Positions 38,640 through 52,064 of a stretch of 64,000 bases of DNA are shown in pieces. The stretch is taken from the NCBI GenBank assembly GCA_951406725.2, contig OX597821.1, positions 94,860,001 through 94,924,000 on the forward strand. Reading direction: 5' to 3'. Positions within the stretch are counted from its first letter, which is position 1. Every line of letters starts with the position of its first letter. Origin of the DNA: Octopus vulgaris (lineage: Eukaryota). The translations under genes and the position numbers were made by a program. A model generated the notes under the pieces. That model searched no databases and had not been told where the DNA came from. It worked only from the letters and a program-made list of their open reading frames with translations.

Positions 38640-39080
38640 AACATTGACAAATATACCAATAAAGGATCTTAATGCTTTGAGAGATAAATCATTGATGCAA
38701 AGCAGAAAGAAGGTCGGTGGTAGGGGATATCAATGGGAAACGCCTGCATTGATTTCATAAATGTGAGAGGACTAATCATTGACGGTAACTTTTAGACTTC
38801 TTAACGTCAGAAATGACTTAATGGCGAGAAAGGCTCTCCCAGATATGACATAACTTATCAGTTTATGAAGAAACTCTGTATGGAATACTTTGTTAAATGA
38901 TTTAGAGATGCTTGAGAGCAATAGCATAACATCAAAGCTGCCTTACAGTATATTAGTAATGAGTGATGACCGTGACTATGCTAGAAGAGGACCTTGAAGA
39001 CTGAAAATCGGCGAAGATTTTCACTTGGGAGATTAGCTTTATTCAGCTGATTCGTATAATATCTACATCATCTTGTCAAA
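38640..39080 (-). mobile_element. Decayed CR1/L2/Jockey-type reverse transcriptase fragment
   Basis: ISKSFNKVFHTEFLHKLISY (cf. DISKAFDKVWH..LLHKL) and GVSH*YPLPPTFFLLCINDL (cf. GVPQGSxLSPTLFLxxINDL). Confidence 0.8.
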
Positions 39081-39324
39081 TGATAACCATCTGACATTCG
39101 AAGGCATGACATCTGTACGTCAGTGAATTTAAATGACAAAAGCTGGTACCACACTTTTGCCATTCTCTCGATCATCATAATATGTTCCAATGACAAGCAT
39201 TGCAACATTTCTGGTACTAGTTTGACTGTAAATTTTATGTCAGAGTATCTTTCCCCTAGAAGAACTGCCTTCCCCACCGCTTTGTCAGAAATAACGGGTG
39301 ACTCATCTACCCTTGGGAAATCTT

Positions 39325-39403
<79 letters not shown>

Positions 39404-39586
39404 GCACACACAAACACACACACACACACACATATATACATACATACTTGAGCGCGTGTGTATCAAGATTATATATATATATATACATACAAACATATGT
39501 GTGTGTATATATATATGTATGTATATATATGCATATGTATATATATGTATGTGTATATATATGTATATATGTATATATATAAATAA

Positions 39587-39651
<65 letters not shown>

Positions 39652-39837
39652 TACATATACTCGTAGACGAAAATATTTTGGGTTAAAACAGAAGGCTGTT
39701 AAAAAACCATTAGCTGCTCATGATCTTAGAGCGATATAAAAATACATTGACATATAATTGGTATGATCATTATTTTAATCATAAGCATTAATTCCTAATC
39801 TGTATAAACACTCACAAGTATATATATGTGGTGAGGG

Positions 39838-39871
<34 letters not shown>

Positions 39872-40265
39872 TGTGTGTGTGTGTATCTGTGTGTGTGTGT
39901 CTGCGTATGTGTGTGTAGTAACATTATCGACATTGGTTGGCTCAAACAGAGTTCTTCCACTATTGCAAGCAATCTGGTCTGCTCTCTCGTCTGAGAATAG
40001 CTTCCTTTCTTTCTTCCACGTCAAATGAAAAACTGAATGAGCTGAACGGTACTGCTCTTCCCTTCCCCTATTTAACCATTACAAAAATGAATCGAAACAC
40101 GAAAAAAAAAAAAATCAAGAAAAGGCCACGAAAACCAGAGAAGCTGATTGACTGAGCCAACGAAACAAGTGTAGAACTAACAGCACAGATACACTCACTC
40201 ATACATTCACATACACATACACTCACATCCACACACACACTCCAGATTCATAAACATACACATAT

Positions 40266-40424
40266 GCAGGAGTGGCTGTGTGGTAAGTAGCTTGCTAACC
40301 AACCACATGGTTCCTGGTTCAGTCCCACTGCGTGGCATCTTGGGCAAGTGTCTTCTGCTATCGCCCCGGGCCGACCAATGCCTTGTGAGTGGATTTGGTA
40401 AACGGAAACTGAAAGAAGCCTGTC

Positions 40425-40515
<91 letters not shown>

Positions 40516-40742
40516 TTATTTATTTGTGTGTCTGTGTTTGTCTCCCTAGCATTGCTTGACAGCCGATGCTGGTGTGTTTACGTTCCCGTCAACTAGCGGT
40601 TCGGCAAAAAGAGACCGATAGAATAAGTACTGGGCTTACAAAGAATAATTCCCGGGGTCGATTTGCTCGACTAAAGGCGGTGCTCCAGCATGGCCACAGT
40701 CAAATGACTGAAACAAGTAAAAGAGTAAAAGAGTAAAGAGTA
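40266..40742 (+). mobile_element. SINE family A
   Basis: Homology to 5204-5666. Confidence 0.93.
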
Positions 40743-41700
40743 TGTATATACTCACATGCATTCACATACTGTTACTACCATCTCCACCATTATCACGATA
40801 ACCATTATAAACATCACCTTTATCAGATGCTGCATACATAACAATAATAACAGTTAATAACTGAAGTCTTTTTAAATATCTTCCGGCAACTGACAAGAAC
40901 TGCATGCAATCAATAAAAATTTGAATTTATTTCTGCAGTTTTCAATATTTTCAATAAAGAAATTTAAATAAAAAGAGAAAAAAAACATTTAAATATAATG
41001 AAATGGAGCAGAAGAGGGCGCCATTGGTTATTGTGGACACATGACGCCATTCTTGTGGAATATTACACAAAAACAAAAATATAAGAATAAACAGAAAAAA
41101 AAAAGAACTAAAAATGTTTTAACAAGATATGTGTCAGAATTTGGACATCTAGAAAATTCCATAGCATAGTCTCTATCATCACCACCACCACTAACCCCAC
41201 CATGAAAAAAGTTAAAAAGAACGAGAAAGAGGAAGAAGTCAGTAGAAGGTCATTAACTATAAAGAGTCAAAGAGATGTTTTCGATAATCACTTTGGACAT
41301 TACTTTATTTTCCTCACTTTTTCTGTGACTTTAAATTTTTTCTAAGTCTTTTATCTTTGTGTTTTGACGCTTTGAAGCGTTGTCTTTGGCTCGAGGAAAA
41401 TATTCTGTTTATGCAAGGTAACGTTAAGCAACAAACAAGAAGTTAAGTAGTTGAGATAGAGTTTAGCCTTGTCATTGAACTTTATAAAAATTTCATTTAT
41501 TATTGTTTTTGTTGGTTATTTTCTCGCTAACACCAGTGGATTTGCAGAGGATTTTATGAACGCTTATATGTATTTACATATATTACACACACACACGCAC
41601 ACACACACAGACACATACACACACACAGACACATACACACACACATACAAGCAAGCATGTAATACACATATAATATGTATATATACATATATTCATGCAT

Positions 41701-41735
<35 letters not shown>

Positions 41736-41921
41736 GGGCGAATTCACAAAAAAACAAACGATGAAGATAGGTGGTGGAGAAAACAAAGAGATCTTTTAGC
41801 ATAACGCTCGGGAATTGAAAAAGTCTTTAACGTTTCGAGCCTACGCTCTTCCACAGAAAGGAACACAGAAAGAAACAAGGAGAGAAAAAATGTGTCTAGT
41901 GGCTAGCGATCTATCATGGCG
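41736..41921 (-). mobile_element. Penelope-pLTR-like mini-element (copy 2); hammerhead motif at 41824-41860, core CUGUGGA
   Basis: CUUU-CUGUGGA-A-GAGC(GUAG)GCUC-GAAA-CG-UU/AAAG; (TA)n on both sides. Confidence 0.78.
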
Positions 41922-42235
41922 ATATATATATATATATATATATATCCATAAACAAGCCTTTCAATAGAAATATTCTCCTGAATTGAACTGCGACTGCTAG
42001 CCGCCACTGACCATTCAAAATACGACCATCAGGGCATTCCCACATTTTCCCACCCCCTCTCCTCATCAGCCTTCTTCTTCTTCTACCCTACCAAGAACTC
42101 ACAACGACCTCGAACACACAAGTGCAAACAAGGGAGTCAGAGAAAGGCAGAATGCCACTTATATCTGAACACTACTATAGAAATATTCCTTTAAAAAAAC
42201 TTTTCTTCTAATTTTTCTAAATTTAATTATTTAAT

Positions 42236-42283
42236 CGTTACAGTTGAAAAGGTCTCAAAATGACCGAAACCGGTACTGAAATG
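42236..42283 (+). ncRNA. Minimal hammerhead motif with U3-A8 core (UUGAAAA)
   Basis: CGUUACAG-UUGAAAA-GGUC(UCAAAAU)GACC-GAAA-CCGG-UA/CUGAAAUG; followed about 55 nt later by (TA)n. Confidence 0.7.
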
Positions 42284-42324
42284 TTCACTATAAAATTATT
42301 TTAGCATTTTCTATTCTGACTTTT

Positions 42325-42395
<71 letters not shown>

Positions 42396-42768
42396 AGTAT
42401 GTATGTATATATGTATGCATACATGCACACACTTATATGTACATACGTACAAACATGCACATGCGCATATATGTATATGGACGCAGGTATATCTGGGTGG
42501 CTCAGAAATTCGTTTTACAATGTTGTTCTGTTTCATTCGCGCATCGTGACATCTTAAGTATGCACCTCTCACCATATCCTCAGGTCAAACCAAGCTTTCT
42601 ACAATCATTTGGGTAAATGGAAACTGCAGGGAAGTTTATAAAATCAATTATAACTAGAATTCAAAGACTCCATCTTCGTTAAACTGTGCCACGCTGATTC
42701 TTCTTGATAATTACGCTAAAAGTGAATAACCCATACACTTGACATGATAATTCAATGAGCAGAGCGCG

Positions 42769-43203
42769 TATGTATGTATGTATGCATGTATGTATGTATG
42801 TATGTATGTATGTTTTGGAAGTATGCATGCATGCATGTATGTATGTATGTATGTATGTATGTATGTATGTATGTATGTATGTATGCATGTATGTATGTAT
42901 GTATGTATGTATGTATGTATGTATGTATGTATGTATGTATGTATGTATGCATGCATGTATGTATGCATGTATGTATGTATGTATGCATGTATGTATGTAT
43001 GTATGTATGTATGTATGTATGTATGTATGTATGCATGCATGTATGTATGTATGTATGTATGTATGTATGTATGTATGTATGTATGTATGTATGTATGCAT
43101 GCATGTATGTATGCATGTATGTATGTATATATGCATGTATGTATGTATGTATGTATGTATGTATGTATGTATGTATGTATGTATGTATGTATGCATGCAT
43201 GCA
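42769..43203. repeat. (TATG)n/(CATG) tetranucleotide array
   Basis: Directly visible; explains six overlapping ORFs. Confidence 0.97.
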
Positions 43204-43456
43204 TTCGCCGGAACGTAGAAATACTCTGATCGGTGTCCGAGGGTACAGTAATCCCTTCTAGGAATTGGGTGGAGGGGCTGGTCCTTGTCAAAGCTAACTT
43301 ATTTTGTATAAAATAAAAAATAAAAAAAGCGACTCTCGTCATAGTCTCCAGGTAACATTCAAGAAACGATCAAAATTTTGAATGAAGATCTGTAAATGTA
43401 GCTCTTAATTTTAACAGAGAAGAATTAGAAATGCGAAAGGCTAACAAGGTCTAGAA

Positions 43457-43781
43457 CATTGGTTCTCAATGTGGGCGCTACCCCCACCCCCCACCCCGGT
43501 GGGCGTTAAGACAGTCCATGTGGGCGCTGGTGCCTAAGGGTGGGTAAGAAAAAAGGAGGCGTTGGGAGGAAGGCAGTGGATTGGGGAACGCTATGAATTT
43601 TTTATAATATTGTCATATTACTGTATGTAAGTTATATAATATATTAAATATCAAATGATTCATAGTATATATAAATAAGTAAAATATAAAATATCAATAC
43701 ATAAAAATAGGGACGAGGGCGCTGGGGGTACCATGTGGCCATGAGCGGGGCAATGGCCTGAAATGTTTGTGAAATTCTAGA
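43457..43781. mobile_element. Degenerate hAT MITE
   Basis: Left end CATTGGTTCTCAA; 8-bp TSD-like GTCTAGAA/CTCTAGAA; right TIR decayed. Confidence 0.6.
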
Positions 43782-44221
43782 CTCTAGAATTTCGAAAATT
43801 TAAAAAAACTAGCAGTAATATACTCATAAACTTTTGTTCCGATTTTTTGTCATTGTTGGCAAAACTACAGAAATATATGCATACATATTGATTGAAGTAC
43901 AAATAATTTTGTGTAGAGCACTTTTTCTCAATATATGTATAGACGGCATAAGAACGTAAATGCATGAACGATGTAAGATTGTATTTTACCTTCTGCTGAT
44001 AATAAAGTTTCGTATAGTAAAGTATAAAAGTGGTGCATATTAACTTTGCTGAACAAGTATGTGCATGCGTATGCACGCGTAGTTGCAGGCATCCGTGCAA
44101 CTGCATATATGTGCGTGTGTGTGTGCGTGTGTATGTTTGTATGTATGTATATATGTATGTGTATATATATATATATGCATGCTTTTATCTACTCATATAC
44201 CTATATATATATATATATATA

Positions 44222-44349
44222 TAGGGCACTGATAGGGCACAGAAATTGTGTCTATAGCCAGCTGGAGGAGGTGTCCTCCTGGGGCTACAAACTACAGTAG
44301 CATCTACCCTTATGGGTTAGCCATATTCAAATGGCAAATATACGTCACG

Positions 44350-44352
<3 letters not shown>
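44222..44352 (+). mobile_element. 5'-truncated copy of the retrozyme-like element in (TA)n
   Basis: Homologous to 21992-22110. Confidence 0.85.
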
Positions 44353-44395
<43 letters not shown>

Positions 44396-44777
44396 CACTC
44401 ACACACATACACACACATATGTGTGTATAAATATATGTTTATATATATATATGTATGTATTTGCGTATATATATACATACATACAAATACATGTGCCCCA
44501 GCATGGCCACAGCTCATAAGCTGAAACTAGAATCAATCATATATATATATATATATATATATATGCATACATAGACACACATGTGTGTGTGTGTTTGTGT
44601 GTGTGCGCGCGCGCGTGTGTGCTAAAAGTGTAATGGCTGTTTAATATCCTTTCATTTAACAACTCCCCGCTGAGATAAATACCCAGACAGTTGCAAGGTA
44701 AAAGATAGCATGATAACACTCCGTCTTTCTGTCTGGACACTTAAAATTGAACTTAATCTAGAATCTAGAAACACCTG

Positions 44778-44895
<118 letters not shown>

Positions 44896-44965
44896 ACCTA
44901 TATTTATATTCTATTATTCCTTTATTTGTTTCGGTCATTTGACACCCGCCATGCTGGAGCACCGC

Positions 44966-45056
44966 AAAATCGTTTGAGTAATTCACGAGTTTTAGTGATG
45001 CACACATACAGATAAATAGACAGACACACATTCTCAGATTTACATATATATATAGA
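44966..45056 (-). mobile_element. Helitron 5'-end fragment
   Basis: Minus strand TCTATATATATATGTAAATCTGAGAATGTGTGTCTG...AAAACTCGTGAA, similar to 45558-45650. Confidence 0.65.
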
Positions 45057-45059
45057 TTA

Positions 45060-45372
45060 CTATCCGACACTGTTACTGTATTTCTCTCGCTCAGAGATTT
45101 AAAACATGATGTGTTTCTTGATCCGAGTTCAGCGACTGTGTTGCTTAAAGAATGTATAGTATTTGCGAGTAGTGATAACTTTCGTGACGCTGAGGACGTA
45201 TAACATTCAGAAACCTAGGTCTATGAGTATCACATAAGGCTAGAGATTGGAACGATGACATCCCTTGCAAATGCTATATACGGACGCAGAATGTGTATCA
45301 TTAGCCAGCTGGAAAAGATGTTTTCTTGGAGCTAAAGCAACAGTAACATCGTCCTTTACAGGACTATCACAT
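45060..45372 (+). mobile_element. Divergent, nearly unit-length relative of the retrozyme-like element; hammerhead at 45171-45233
   Basis: Shares GTTACTGT..CTCG.TCAGAGATTTA, GTATTTGC, GATGAC.TCCCTT, TGCAAAT, AGCCAGCTGG and CAGTAACA blocks; CUGAGGA 45190-96, GAAA-CCUAGG-UC 45210-21. Confidence 0.75.
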
Positions 45373-45391
45373 TATAATTGCATATAAACAA

Positions 45392-45463
<72 letters not shown>

Positions 45464-45557
45464 GTATGTATATGTATATGTATATATGTATGTATGTATG
45501 TATGTATGCATGTATGTATGTATGTATGTATGTATGTGTGTATGTATGTATGATATA

Positions 45558-46282
45558 TCTGATATATGAAATTGAGGATGTGTGTCTGCCTGTTTGTATG
45601 TATATATGTGCAATCCCTAAAACTCGAGAACTACCCAACCGACTTCATTCAAATTTTATACATGCATTACATGGAGTGTCATGGGCCAAAAGAAAATTTC
45701 AATTTTTTGCCTAATGCGGGCCCGGAGCAATCTTTTAGACTGGTTACGTGTCAAAACTGAATATCGTTTCAATTTTATTCTTTCACTTGTAATATGATAA
45801 TGTGACATTGTGATAAGACTATATTGTTGTTTCACTTTTAATTCTAACGCGATAACTCTAAGTCCAAAGTATATAAAAATGCACATTTACCGTTCAATTA
45901 CCCGTCGATGATTATCGCAGCAGTTGTAAGGTTGCAAGGTATTTACAATTATATGCTTGTTCCTATGTTATATGCCGGTGCCTCGGTTTCCTTGGCGTAT
46001 AGGTTCCCCACCTGAACGGAACGCCGGTCAGTCGCAGGTGAGCTGCAAGATGCAGGAGGAAAGAGTGAGAGAAAATTGTGGCGAAAGAGTCAGCAGAAGT
46101 TTGCCATTACCTTCTGCCGGAGCCGCGTGGAGCTTAGGTGTTTCGCTCATAAACACACACATCGCCTGGTCTGAGATTCGAACCCGCAATCCCTCAACCG
46201 CGAGTCCGCTGCTCTAACCACTAGGCCATGTGCCTCCACTTACAGTTACATATTAACCCTTAAATTAACATTTAATACGTTC

Positions 46283-46331
<49 letters not shown>

Positions 46332-48132
46332 TAAGACATTTATCTATAATTATTGTGGCATTTACCGTTAAATTAGCAGTTCGTCAGTTCGTACATGTGT
46401 GTCTATTTGGTTAGTCTATATATGTCAAATGGCTCCACCAAATCAAATCAAATTTTACAAGGTAATAGTATCACACCCCACGAATGTCAACATGTAATTT
46501 ACTTTTTCATTTCGATTAAAACAATATAACATTTTATGGAGATAATCTTTCTATAGTCAAATATAGTAGAGGACATTTTATACCACGAAGACGGTGAGAA
46601 CGACGACACCGTCACATTTTGTATATGATTGTGTATGTCTGCCAGTGTACGTATGTGAGTATATGAATGTATATGTTTCTTTCAGTGTGTGTGTTTCCGC
46701 GTTCGACGAAAACGTCACATTTTGTATATGAGTATCTAAGTGTCTGTAAGTGTATGAGTGTGTATGTGTCTGAGTGTGTGTTTCCGCGTTAGAGACGTTA
46801 TTCAACACACACACACACATCTACACCAAAATATGCATATTTGACGTCTGACATGTGTGTATGTCCCTCATACTATAGAGCATTACACCCCACAACTGTC
46901 TATATGTATTCTTTTCATTTCTATTAAAACAATATAACATTCCATAGACATAATCTTTCTATAGTCAACTATAGTACAGGACATTTTATATGAGTGTGCA
47001 TGTGTCTGTGTGTGTGTTTGCTCGATCGATACGTACGAGACAATAAAGGACATTTTATACCATGACGACGGCGACGTCATATTTTGTATATGAATGTGCA
47101 TGTGTCTGTGAGTGTATGAGTGTGTATGTCTCTGCGACGGTGTGTGTATTTCCGCATTAGGTATGTTATAAAACATACACACACATCTACACATGCACAT
47201 ATACATGTGACGACTAACATGCATGAATGTATGTTTGTGTCTCTCTCACTATATGTATGTGACTGTATGTGAGAGTGTATGTGCGTGCATCGTCATTGTA
47301 TATCAATGTATATGTGTTTATGAGTGTGTGGGTGTTTGTGTGTTACGTTATTAACATACACACACAAACATCTACACATACATATACACATCTACACATA
47401 CATATGTAACGAGATCGGCAGGAGGTGAAACTCTTGCCAAAAAACAATTAGGCGGCACGTCCAAGATATATAAGAATACACATCTACCATTCAATTACCA
47501 GTTCGTAATTAGCACTGTAGTAGCAAGGTTGCAAGGCATTTACAACTTGCGTATATTTGGTTAACTCCATACAAAAATAAAAACATACTACATACATACA
47601 ACTGTTTACAAAAATAGAGATTAATGTATATTTTTTTCTATGTTCATAATTTTTGATTACTATATAGAACAAAAAATATGTCATCGAAGAAAAAATGTAA
47701 GCTCTCCAGAAACACCTATCAAGCAAGGAGGATTGCAGAAAGCCAAAAGCGAGAGTTTCAAGAGAGAAGGGACATGAATCTTTCTCAAGATCAGCTGGAG
47801 CCTCAAGAGAGAAGGGGGAGGAGACTTTCTCACGATTAGGAAAGGCATGCTGCAGTACTCAATGCTGAATCATTAAAACAACATTCAGCACGCCAGATTG
47901 TACAGAGGTCCAATAGAATAGCTCTCAGAAACAGGCCAAGTACAAATTCGTTCTTCACAACTCCTGGAGCTGCTTTCGGGTATGATCCATCCTGTTCTTA
48001 TAAAAATTATAATTCTGTCCAAATTGGTGTGCTAAGCTCAAATTGTCGTTTCTGAAAAGCATTAAAATTTACTCCACAAATGTTTTGTCCTCAATGCTGC
48101 ACTTTTCCGTATCATCTGTTTCATCATAACTG

Positions 48133-48194
<62 letters not shown>

Positions 48195-48234
48195 CGCAAT
48201 TTTAACCCCGAACAACGCCGGGCATGTCTGCTAG
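45558..48234 (+). mobile_element. Internally deleted Helitron (about 2.7 kb) with Rep N-terminal remnant, internal repeats and a nested SINE
   Basis: A|TC start; hairpin CCCG(AACAACGC)CGGG and CTAG|T end; AAFGYDPSCSYKNYNSVQIGVLSSNCRF*KALKF near 47968-48070 resembles the Helitron Rep pre-zinc-finger motif. Joining of the two ends is inferred. Confidence 0.72.
45975..46240 (-). mobile_element. SINE family C relative
   Basis: Minus-strand tRNA head GGAGGCACATGGCCTAGTGGTTAGAGCAGCGGACTCGCGG. Confidence 0.88.
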
Positions 48235-48295
<61 letters not shown>

Positions 48296-48296
48296 G

Positions 48297-48341
<45 letters not shown>

Positions 48342-48368
48342 TACCACACTCCTTCGTCTGGATGTTTG

Positions 48369-48420
<52 letters not shown>

Positions 48421-48766
48421 TCACTGTCTCTCATTTGTATCCCCATTCCGTGTCGTTTGTCTCTTTCCAGCTTTTAACCAATCTATATTGTTGTACATCA
48501 CGGAATAGGACGATATATCAAACCATTTGTATGCATACACTTATATAAACACGCGCACACAATACTTCACGTCACAATCGAGCATACATACACACACACA
48601 CGTACACACATACAAATGCACACCCAAATACACACACCTGAATAGATAAACGCACATCTATGCAGTTATATACGCGCTAATTAAATCGCACATACACATA
48701 GCTAAATGTTTCCATGCATATACATACACGACACTTGTGGGCGCCTACGCACATAAAAGAATAAAA

Positions 48767-48811
<45 letters not shown>

Positions 48812-48848
48812 TATATACACACACATATGTTCATTAATCCATATATAC

Positions 48849-48882
<34 letters not shown>

Positions 48883-49599
48883 ATGTATATATATATGCTC
48901 ATGAATACATACATACATACATACACAGTCACACACACATATATATATATATACATATATGTATGCATATTTATGCTCATGAACGCAAATATATATATAC
49001 ATTTATGGTCGTGAATACATATATATTCGTATGTTTATGGTCATGAATGCATCGATACTTACATACATGCATACACTCACGCGCACGCAACACACACACA
49101 CACACACACACACATACACACACACACCAGGGCGTACAAGCGTACGTTACGCACTTATACGCATATATATGGTTGCATATTCATACAGAAACTCGTATAA
49201 CACGTGTGTATTATATGAGAAATAAAAGCACGTAATACCTGGAAACGTCACCGTGTATTGTTTCAATATAGAAACAATAAATATATATTGTTTTCGTTTG
49301 ATGTCAGTTTGAATATCGTTCGCGTGGTCGTTAACATTCTAGCTTGAAAATATCCTTTGCTGCAAGTATAGGATACAGGAAATAAAATGAGGTGTGGTTC
49401 TTGTTATCGTGTTCTGTGATTTGACAGAAGTGAACAGACATCTCCGACAGCGCGTTCCATTCGCAGAAAGGTGACAATGAAATAATACCCTGAAAATGTT
49501 TTGTGAAGTTTAAATAGTCTGGAGAAAATATTTAAGGCATGGTACATTGCAAAAACGTCAAAGTAAGATCAAATATATTCGGTGACAGAAATACTTTTT

Positions 49600-50330
49600 T
49601 TATAATTTTGCCATAAAAGCAGCAATTTTCAGGCGACAGACAAGTTGATTACATTGACCCCAATAGTTATCAATCCCAAAGGGGAGAAAAGTAAAGTCGA
49701 CCTCAGTGGAATTTGAACTCAAAACTAAAGGGAAGACGAAATGCCGTTGACAGTTTTTGCTCAGCGTCATAACGATTCTGCCAGTTTGGTGCCTTAATAA
49801 TAAATGTTTCAAATTACGGCATAAGGCCAGCAGTTTCGGAGAGGGGGATCCGTTTATTATATCGACCCTAGTATTCAACAGACACTTATTTTATCAACCT
49901 CGAAAGGATGAAAAGCATAGTCGACCCTAGGCAGAATTTGAGCTCAGAATGTAAAGACGGACGAAATACCTATTTCTTTATTACCCACAAGGGGCTAAAC
50001 ACAGAGCGGACAAACAAGGACAGACATATGTATTAAGTCGATTACATCGACCCCAGTGCGTAACTGGTACTTAATTTATCGACCCCGAAAGGTCGACCTC
50101 GGCGGAATTTGAACTCACAACGTAACGCAGACGAAATACCGCTAAGCATTTCGCCCGGCGTGCTAACGTTTTTGCCAGCTCGCCGCTAAGTATTTTACCC
50201 GACGTTCTACCCCGTCTTCACCCTTGCTGTCTTAGTAACAGTGATTGCAAATTTTGGCACAAGGCCAGCATTTTCGGCGGAGAGAAGAAGTCGATTACAT
50301 CGACCCAATGTTCAACTGTTACTTATTTTG
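49600..50330 (-). mobile_element. Cluster of tandem and nested family B SINEs
   Basis: Repeated Nin/Deu cores; a young copy (about 49971-50185) sits inside an older one. Confidence 0.88.
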
Positions 50331-50337
50331 TCCGGGT

Positions 50338-50580
50338 TACTCTTCTACTCCTTTATTTGTTTCAGTCATTTGACTACGGCCATGCTGGAGCACCGCATTT
50401 AGTCGAATAAATCAACCCCGGAAGTTATGCTTTGTAAGTCTAGTACATATCTTATCGGTCTCTTTTGCCGAACCGCTAGGTTACGGTGACGTAAACATAC
50501 CAGCATCGGTTGTCGAGCGATGGTGGTGAGGGGACTAACACAGAAACATAAACATATACGTATATGTATATATGTATATA
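50338..50580 (-). mobile_element. SINE family A, 3' half
   Basis: Homology to the family A tail. Confidence 0.85.
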
Positions 50581-50665
50581 TATACAATTACAGCGTGGGA
50601 GGTGTTTGTAAGCCATTTAAGAAACACACAAAAGCCGTTCGATTCACTTTAACATTTAAGTTTAA

Positions 50666-50716
50666 TTTGTCAAAATATTTTCGTCGCTTTAAGACCGTGA
50701 CCTGTTCACTGACAAA
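50666..50716 (-). ncRNA. Minimal hammerhead-like motif with G3-C8 swapped core (copy 2 of 2), in an element spanning about 50585-50720
   Basis: UUUGUCA-GUGAACA-G-GUCAC(GGUCUUAAA)GCGAC-GAAA-AUAU-UU/UGACAAA: perfect 7-bp stem I; tail ends at (TA)n. Confidence 0.72.
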
Positions 50717-51803
50717 AATCCAGGTTTACTTTCTCAGCGTCTTTTGTTGTAATCGTTTTATTTTTGGTTTTTTATATTTCATTGGGTATTTTCATGTGAA
50801 TTATATTTCTATGCCTGATATCCTTATATTATATCAAGCTTAGAAATATCATGATATATCTTCTTAAATTAGCAAGGCTGTTGGAATATAAAGTTACTTT
50901 TAAATGAAGGTTATTTTCTTTCCAAAATTTATACGATGATATTGATGCAATTTCGTTTTAGGGAATAAATGTAAAATATGCATACGGCTTAGAAACGTAT
51001 TTCTCTTGTACCTGTTTGTACCTTTTGGGTTTTATCTCCAAATTTGAGAAATTAATTCCGGACCTTTAATTATTTAAATTGTCCTCATTCCTGTCAAATA
51101 CCGGTTCATTTGTTTGCAGCGGCATCGAATTTTTCTCGCTTCTTTGTTATACGTTTTGTACATCGAATTCACAAAATGCATTCCTCTTTTAACATTGAGC
51201 TGAATGCTGTGATTTTTATTTGTGTTATTTGTCACGTGCAGCAGGGTCTTTTGTATACTCACTCGCTTGCTCAACACTACAGAAACCAGTATAAGTTCTG
51301 TTCTAATGAGTCTGTAGGCTTGAGAAAAACGTTAACTTATTAACTTTAATGAGACAAAAAGTGATAACTTTTTCAATAAGTTATTTCACTATACAGTCAC
51401 CTTTCAATAGTTTCATCATTTTGATTTGTTGTTATTTCGTCGATATCTGTGAGTATATTTCGCCATTTGAATAGCGTTTTCTCATATCAAAGACTCCTTC
51501 GGTGTTTTTTTTTAGCTACTTGAGAGCAACGAGCTAACATAATCATTAACGCATTGGAGAAAGTGCGAGGTAGTCTGAACCATACTGAAAAAACACCGGG
51601 TAATAACAGAAACAGCGTTAAGATGGATAGGATGACGGCTTGTAGGTAGACTGTCGACTTGGTGTAGCATAAATGGGACGGATAAATGGGTCTACAATGA
51701 ACAACCGTATGCGAAAAAGCACAGCAGGAACAGAGCATTAGACTATTATGGGTTTAGTGTGCGTATGCATGCGTGTTTGTGTAAGTGCCTTTCAGACAAT
51801 ACG

Positions 51804-51875
<72 letters not shown>

Positions 51876-52064
51876 ATTCAAAGAAATTCCAACTCTGTTT
51901 TTTATGTTTTATCTATATTTTTTATAATATTAATGTAGAATATAGAATATATAGTATAAATAATATATATATAATAAAATGAAATGAAGTATTGATTGTC
52001 TTATTGAATAAATGAAATATTGAATATAAAATATTAAGGGTCTAATATACTTTCTTGCATTATA

